Shown piece by piece: positions 30,981-34,844 of a stretch of DNA of 34,844 nucleotides. Position 1 is the stretch's first letter. Each line of letters opens with the position of its first letter. The position numbers and the translations under genes were made by a program. Under the pieces are notes generated by a model. The model worked only from the letters and a program-made list of their open reading frames with translations, was not told the origin of the DNA and searched no databases. Origin of the DNA: an uncultured Candidatus Planktophila sp. (GTDB taxonomy: Bacteria; Actinomycetota; Actinomycetes; Nanopelagicales; Nanopelagicaceae); assembly GCA_964533845.1 (NCBI GenBank), contig CAZHPQ010000005.1, positions 1 to 34,844 of the forward strand, in the 5' to 3' direction.

Positions 30981-31997
30981 TCAAACGGTTGTGTCACCTG
31001 CACGACGACGACGGAGGTTATCTCCGAATACTGCCAACAGAATAACTGCGCCGACAACCACGTACTGCCACTCTTGTTGAAGACCAAGAATACGAAGGCC
31101 GTTGATAAGAACTGACATGATGAGCGCACCAATAATGGTTCCACCAATAGTTCCTTTACCACCAAAGAGTGATGTGCCACCGATAATGACCGCTGCGATT
31201 GCTTCTAGCTCGTATCCAAGACCTAGGTCTGGCTGAGCAGAACCAAGACGTGAGGTTAGAACAACAGCAGCGAGGCCAACATAAACGCCGCAGAGCGCAT
31301 AAATAGCTACCAACCAGCGATTTACCTTTACGCCAGAGAGCTTAGTTGCCTCTAGGTTGGAGCCAATTGCAAAGTTGTAACGACCCAGCACAGTCTTATT
31401 CAAGATTAGGGAACCGATGATTGCGGCAATGAAGAGGATGAGAACACCGTTAGGGAAATTCGGGATGATATTTCCTTGAGCAATCTGATCCCAGCCCTTT
31501 ACATCAGTTGCGAAGAGGATCGGCTTTAAGTCAGAGATGATGAGAGCAAGTCCTTGTGCACCCTTCATCGTTGCAAGTGTTGCAATAAATGCTGGAAGGC
31601 GCAGGACAGTAATCAGGATGCCATTGATTGCACCCAGTAATCCTCCAACGACCATACCGAGCAAGATTCCAACCCAGACATTCAGGTCGTACGCCATCAC
31701 CATTTTTCCGGTAATGACAGCAACAAGAGCCATCGAGGTACCAACAGAGAGGTCAATACCTCCGGTGATAATGACGAAGGTAACACCGATGGCGAGCAGG
31801 CCAATAACGGTGGTTGACATCAAAATACCACCTGAGACATTTGCCCAAGAGGCAAATACTGGGTTCATGATGGTGAAGAAGATAAAGATAACAACAAGAG
31901 AGGCAAGCGCAGCTACGCGCCCAATCTCACGTCGAATGAAGGCTGAGACTTTGCTTCCGCCTTCGCCCTGACCGGCTGGAGTTAGATCATCTGACAT
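30981..31997 (-). CDS. CUT2-family sugar ABC transporter permease (RbsC-like)
   Basis: TGGIDLSVG, AFIATLA, AIGSNLEATKLSGV, YELEAIAAVIIGGTSLFGG.G. Confidence 0.93.
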   Translation of the reverse strand: MSDDLTPAGQGEGGSKVSAFIRREIGRVAALASLVVIFIFFTIMNPVFASWANVSGGILMSTTVIGLLAIGVTFVIITGGIDLSVGTSMALVAVITGKMVMAYDLNVWVGILLGMVVGGLLGAINGILITVLRLPAFIATLATMKGAQGLALIISDLKPILFATDVKGWDQIAQGNIIPNFPNGVLILFIAAIIGSLILNKTVLGRYNFAIGSNLEATKLSGVKVNRWLVAIYALCGVYVGLAAVVLTSRLGSAQPDLGLGYELEAIAAVIIGGTSLFGGKGTIGGTIIGALIMSVLINGLRILGLQQEWQYVVVGAVILLAVFGDNLRRRRAGDTTV

Positions 31998-32016
31998 GTT
32001 TTTCTCTTTCCTCTTC

Positions 32017-33537
32017 TTAGTGAACTTTGGCTAGCTCGTCGCTAAATTTGGTGGCGTATTCAATGATCTTTTCTTGATTAGCATCTTTATTCTCAAGAAT
32101 TCCTGTTAAACGTCCCGCACACATAACTGCCACTCGGTCTGACATACGTAGGATTTCAGGAAGTTCAGATGAAATCATAATGATTGACTTTCCTTCTTCA
32201 GCAAGCTTTGTCAGCAGCTTGTAGATCTCATCCTTCGCACCGACATCGATTCCACGAGTTGGTTCATCGAAGATCAAGATGTCGCAGTTACGGGTGAGCC
32301 ATTTTCCGATGACCACCTTCTGCTGATTTCCTCCAGATAGATTCTTAACAAACTGGTTCTCTGAAGGCGTGCGCACACGTAGCTGTGAAATCACATCGCG
32401 TGTCACGCCTGCTGCGGGCTTTACACGCAGCCATCCAAATCTCGAGAAACGAGGAATCGAGGAGAGGATGACATTAAATGTAAGGTTCTGAATTAAGAGA
32501 AGACCAAAGCGTTTGCGATCTTCAGAGAGATAGCCAATTCCCGCAGCAACTGCATCAGATGGTTGCTTAATCTTTACCTCGTTACCGTGTAGGTAAATCC
32601 TTCCCGCAGTGCGTGGGTCGGCGCCGATAATGGCGCGAGCAAGTTCTGTGCGCCCTGCACCCATGAGTCCAGCAAAGCCAAGAATTTCACCTTTGCGAAG
32701 TTCGAAGGAGACATCGCGAAGCAAGTGGCGATCTGAGATGCCTTCAACCTTCATAACAATTTCTGAACCAATATTGCGGTTGCTAGGGCGCTGATCTTGA
32801 TCCACCTTACGTCCGACCATGAGCGAGATAACCTCAGGAATTGAAGTCTCAGTGGTCTTCAAGGTCTTTACATACTGGCCATCACGAATGACTGTGATGC
32901 GGTCTGTAATTTTCGCCAACTCTTCTAGGCGGTGCGAGATATAGACAACGCCCTTACCGGCAGCTTTAAGGGTACGAATAATCTTGAAGAGAGAATCAGT
33001 CTCGGCAGGAGTAAGTGATGAAGTTGGCTCATCCATGATGATGACCGAACCGCGATACGAGACAGCCTTTGCGATTTCTACCATCTGTTGCTTTGCAATT
33101 GTGAGCTCTCCAACAATTGCCTTTGGATCAAGGTTGAGTTCAAGCTCTGCCAACAACTTAGTGGCTTCATCATTGAGCTTTGGATTGTCGAGAAATAGTC
33201 GACCTGGCCGGCGATCTTCACGACCAATAAAAATATTCTGTGCAACCGTTAGGTGTGGCATCAAGTTAAGTTCCTGGTGGATGATGCTGATTCCCAAGCG
33301 CTGGGCTTCATAAGGGTTAGGAATTTCTACAGATTCACCGCGGTATTGCACATCACCTGCGTCTTTTTTGTAGATTCCCGAGAGAATCTTCATGAGGGTC
33401 GATTTGCCTGCTCCATTTTCCCCAACGATGGCATGCACTTCGCCCTCGTTGAGATCAAATTGAACGTTATCGAGGGCTTTTACTCCTGGAAACTCTTTAC
33501 TTACGCCAGTGAGCGATAAGAGTTGAGCTGTTGCCAT
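32017..33537 (-). CDS. CUT2-family sugar ABC transporter ATP-binding protein (RbsA/MglA-like, two domains)
   Basis: GENGAGKSTLMK, MDEPTSSL, LSGGNQQKVV, DEPTRGIDVGAK, ISSELPE. Confidence 0.95.
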   Translation of the reverse strand: MATAQLLSLTGVSKEFPGVKALDNVQFDLNEGEVHAIVGENGAGKSTLMKILSGIYKKDAGDVQYRGESVEIPNPYEAQRLGISIIHQELNLMPHLTVAQNIFIGREDRRPGRLFLDNPKLNDEATKLLAELELNLDPKAIVGELTIAKQQMVEIAKAVSYRGSVIIMDEPTSSLTPAETDSLFKIIRTLKAAGKGVVYISHRLEELAKITDRITVIRDGQYVKTLKTTETSIPEVISLMVGRKVDQDQRPSNRNIGSEIVMKVEGISDRHLLRDVSFELRKGEILGFAGLMGAGRTELARAIIGADPRTAGRIYLHGNEVKIKQPSDAVAAGIGYLSEDRKRFGLLLIQNLTFNVILSSIPRFSRFGWLRVKPAAGVTRDVISQLRVRTPSENQFVKNLSGGNQQKVVIGKWLTRNCDILIFDEPTRGIDVGAKDEIYKLLTKLAEEGKSIIMISSELPEILRMSDRVAVMCAGRLTGILENKDANQEKIIEYATKFSDELAKVH

Positions 33538-33583
33538 TATTTCCCCACAAACTTTGACCGATGAAAGTAATCGAATAGTAAAG

Positions 33584-33615
33584 CATGATGGCCGAGATTG
33601 CTCCCGGCCATCATG
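33584..33615 (-). terminator. Intercistronic hairpin (leaky terminator or mRNA stabiliser) after the binding-protein gene
   Basis: Minus strand CATGATGGCCGGGA-GCAA-TCTCGGCCATCATG: 14-bp stem, GNRA loop, weak CTTTACTATT tail. Confidence 0.7.
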
Positions 33616-33647
33616 ACTTAATTACCTACAAATGAGTCGAGAACGAC

Positions 33648-34637
33648 TTATTCGTAAAGGTTTCCAGCAACTGTTGGGTCGCTGATGTTCTTCTTATCGT
33701 AGTAGTAGAAACCAGTGTCGATAAGTGGCTTTGGAACTGTCTTGTTGCGTACGTAGTTAACGAGCGCTTCTACAGTCTTAGCACCGATACCCATTGGGCT
33801 CTGTGTGATTGCACCAGTCTGAAGACCAGACTTGATGTTCGCAATCTGCTGCTTTCCTGAGTCGAAGCCGATCAACTTAACTGCGCCGTTCTTCAATTTC
33901 GCTGCCTTGAATGCCTGGCCAGCTCCGATTGAAACGCCTTCGTTAGTTCCGTAGATTCCCTTGAGGTCCTTGTTAGCAACAAGTGCTGCGCTAACGATTT
34001 CCTGTGCCTTAAGAGCGTCTCCACCTTCAGCGTACTGAGTTGTGAGGAGCTTGATGCCCTTGTGCTTCTTCTTGATCTGGTTGATAAAGCCGTTTGCACG
34101 GTCGATACCTGTCTGGTTTGTCTGTGAGTGACCGACAACTAGAACCTTGCCCTTACCCTTAAGAAGTGCTGCCATCTTGTCTGCAGCTAGTGCACCTGCT
34201 GCTGTGCTGTTTGTGTAAGCAACGCCAAGTGCGCAATCAGATGCAACGCCAAGCTTGCCTGGGCAGCTTGCTGCTGTATCGAACATGTAAACAGGAATTC
34301 CTGCATCATGTGCTGCCTTGAGCTTTGGAACAGCCTGTGTTGTTCCTAGAGCTGCGTAACCGATTGCATCTGGCTTAACTGCAATTGCTGCATCAAGCAT
34401 TTCAAGTTGCTTATCGATCATTGTTTCAGCTGCTGGACCCTGGAAGACGATTTCTGCGTTCATCTTCTTAGCTTGTGTCTCAGCGCCTAACTTAACTGCT
34501 TGCCAGAACTGGTGTGTTTCGCCCTTTGAGATCAAATAGATCTTGAGGGTCTTGTCTGCTGCTGTCACTGGAGCAGCTGTTCCAGTTACCAATGCGAGTG
34601 CTGCTACTGCAGCTACCGCCATTAGACCTTTCTTCAT
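33648..34637 (-). CDS. Sugar ABC transporter substrate-binding protein (periplasmic binding protein type 1 fold)
   Basis: Signal peptide; ISKGETHQFWQAVKLGAE, GIPVYMFD, IGFDSG, AITQSPMGIG; GAAGGGA SD. Confidence 0.92.
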   Translation of the reverse strand: MKKGLMAVAAVAALALVTGTAAPVTAADKTLKIYLISKGETHQFWQAVKLGAETQAKKMNAEIVFQGPAAETMIDKQLEMLDAAIAVKPDAIGYAALGTTQAVPKLKAAHDAGIPVYMFDTAASCPGKLGVASDCALGVAYTNSTAAGALAADKMAALLKGKGKVLVVGHSQTNQTGIDRANGFINQIKKKHKGIKLLTTQYAEGGDALKAQEIVSAALVANKDLKGIYGTNEGVSIGAGQAFKAAKLKNGAVKLIGFDSGKQQIANIKSGLQTGAITQSPMGIGAKTVEALVNYVRNKTVPKPLIDTGFYYYDKKNISDPTVAGNLYE

Positions 34638-34675
34638 GTGTTTCCCTTCAAAAGCAGCGGAATTGCTGTGTGGGA

Positions 34676-34704
34676 ATCCTATGCGCGAGGTACGGCTGAT
34701 TCAA
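34676..34704 (-). promoter_or_regulatory. Putative promoter of sugar ABC operon (TTGAAT-17-TAGGAT)
   Basis: Minus strand -35 at 34704-34699 and -10 at 34681-34676, 17-nt spacer. Confidence 0.65.
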
Positions 34705-34740
34705 GGAAAAATAAGGATTTGCAGTGGATTGAAAGAGATT

Positions 34741-34787
34741 GTTACAGGTTCGTTATCTGTCCCGTTATGGATTCGTTATCTTGTAAC
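34741..34787. repeat. Four phased GTTA(C/T) direct repeats flanked by GTTACA/TGTAAC inverted repeat; putative operator array
   Basis: GTTA at 34741, 34752, 34764, 34775 (spacing 11/12/11); TTCGTTATCT occurs twice. Confidence 0.6.
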
Positions 34788-34842
34788 TGCGCGCTACGTT
34801 CAGCGCCCAGAACGCCTCTTTCTCGCTATACGAGAACCCATC
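34765..34842 (-). CDS. Probable C-terminus of an upstream gene cut by the window edge; resembles amidohydrolase-2/sugar lactonase C-termini
   Basis: Minus frame reads DGFSYSEKEAFWALNVARSYKITNP*, resembling the S..E..A....NA.R.Y.l terminal helix pattern. Only 25 aa are visible. Confidence 0.4.
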   Translation of the reverse strand, partial: DGFSYSEKEAFWALNVARSYKITNP

Positions 34843-34844
34843 TG

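Noticed and set aside
1-34844. CRISPR arrays, IS elements, prophage genes, riboswitches, defence systems
   Set aside because: No repeat-spacer arrays, transposase/integrase motifs or recognisable riboswitch cores were seen. Intergenic space is mostly too small. A covariance-model search was not possible.

Overview
This window is a gene-dense piece of chromosome (about 50% GC by eye) from a genome-streamlined actinobacterium. Protein style, tiny intergenic gaps and gene order suggest the freshwater acI/Nanopelagicales ('Ca. Planktophila'-like) group, which is an inference. Bases 1-24.7 kb are a respiratory cluster: the 3' end of ccsA, a small PLDc_N membrane protein, the classical menaquinone pathway (menA, menE, menB, menC, menD, menF, menG) with a solitary bioY inside it, the complete nuoA-N operon and a polyprenyl diphosphate synthase. 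Next come rarD and yajQ, then a more accessory-looking region around tRNA-Tyr(GTA). That region holds an LldD-type FMN dehydrogenase and an SDR, a polar amino acid ABC transporter, a CUT2 sugar ABC transporter, and the probable 3' end of an amidohydrolase/lactonase gene. I saw no mobile element, CRISPR array or defence system. The best leads are: (1) menA appears to start at a non-canonical ATT codon; (2) a possible non-phosphorylative deoxy-sugar-to-lactate-to-menaquinone pathway; (3) a BioY with an Asp-to-Glu change, coupled to menF; (4) helically phased GTTA repeats upstream of the sugar ABC promoter; (5) an overlapping bidirectional -10 element and several leaderless starts; (6) no menH, menI or menJ in the window.
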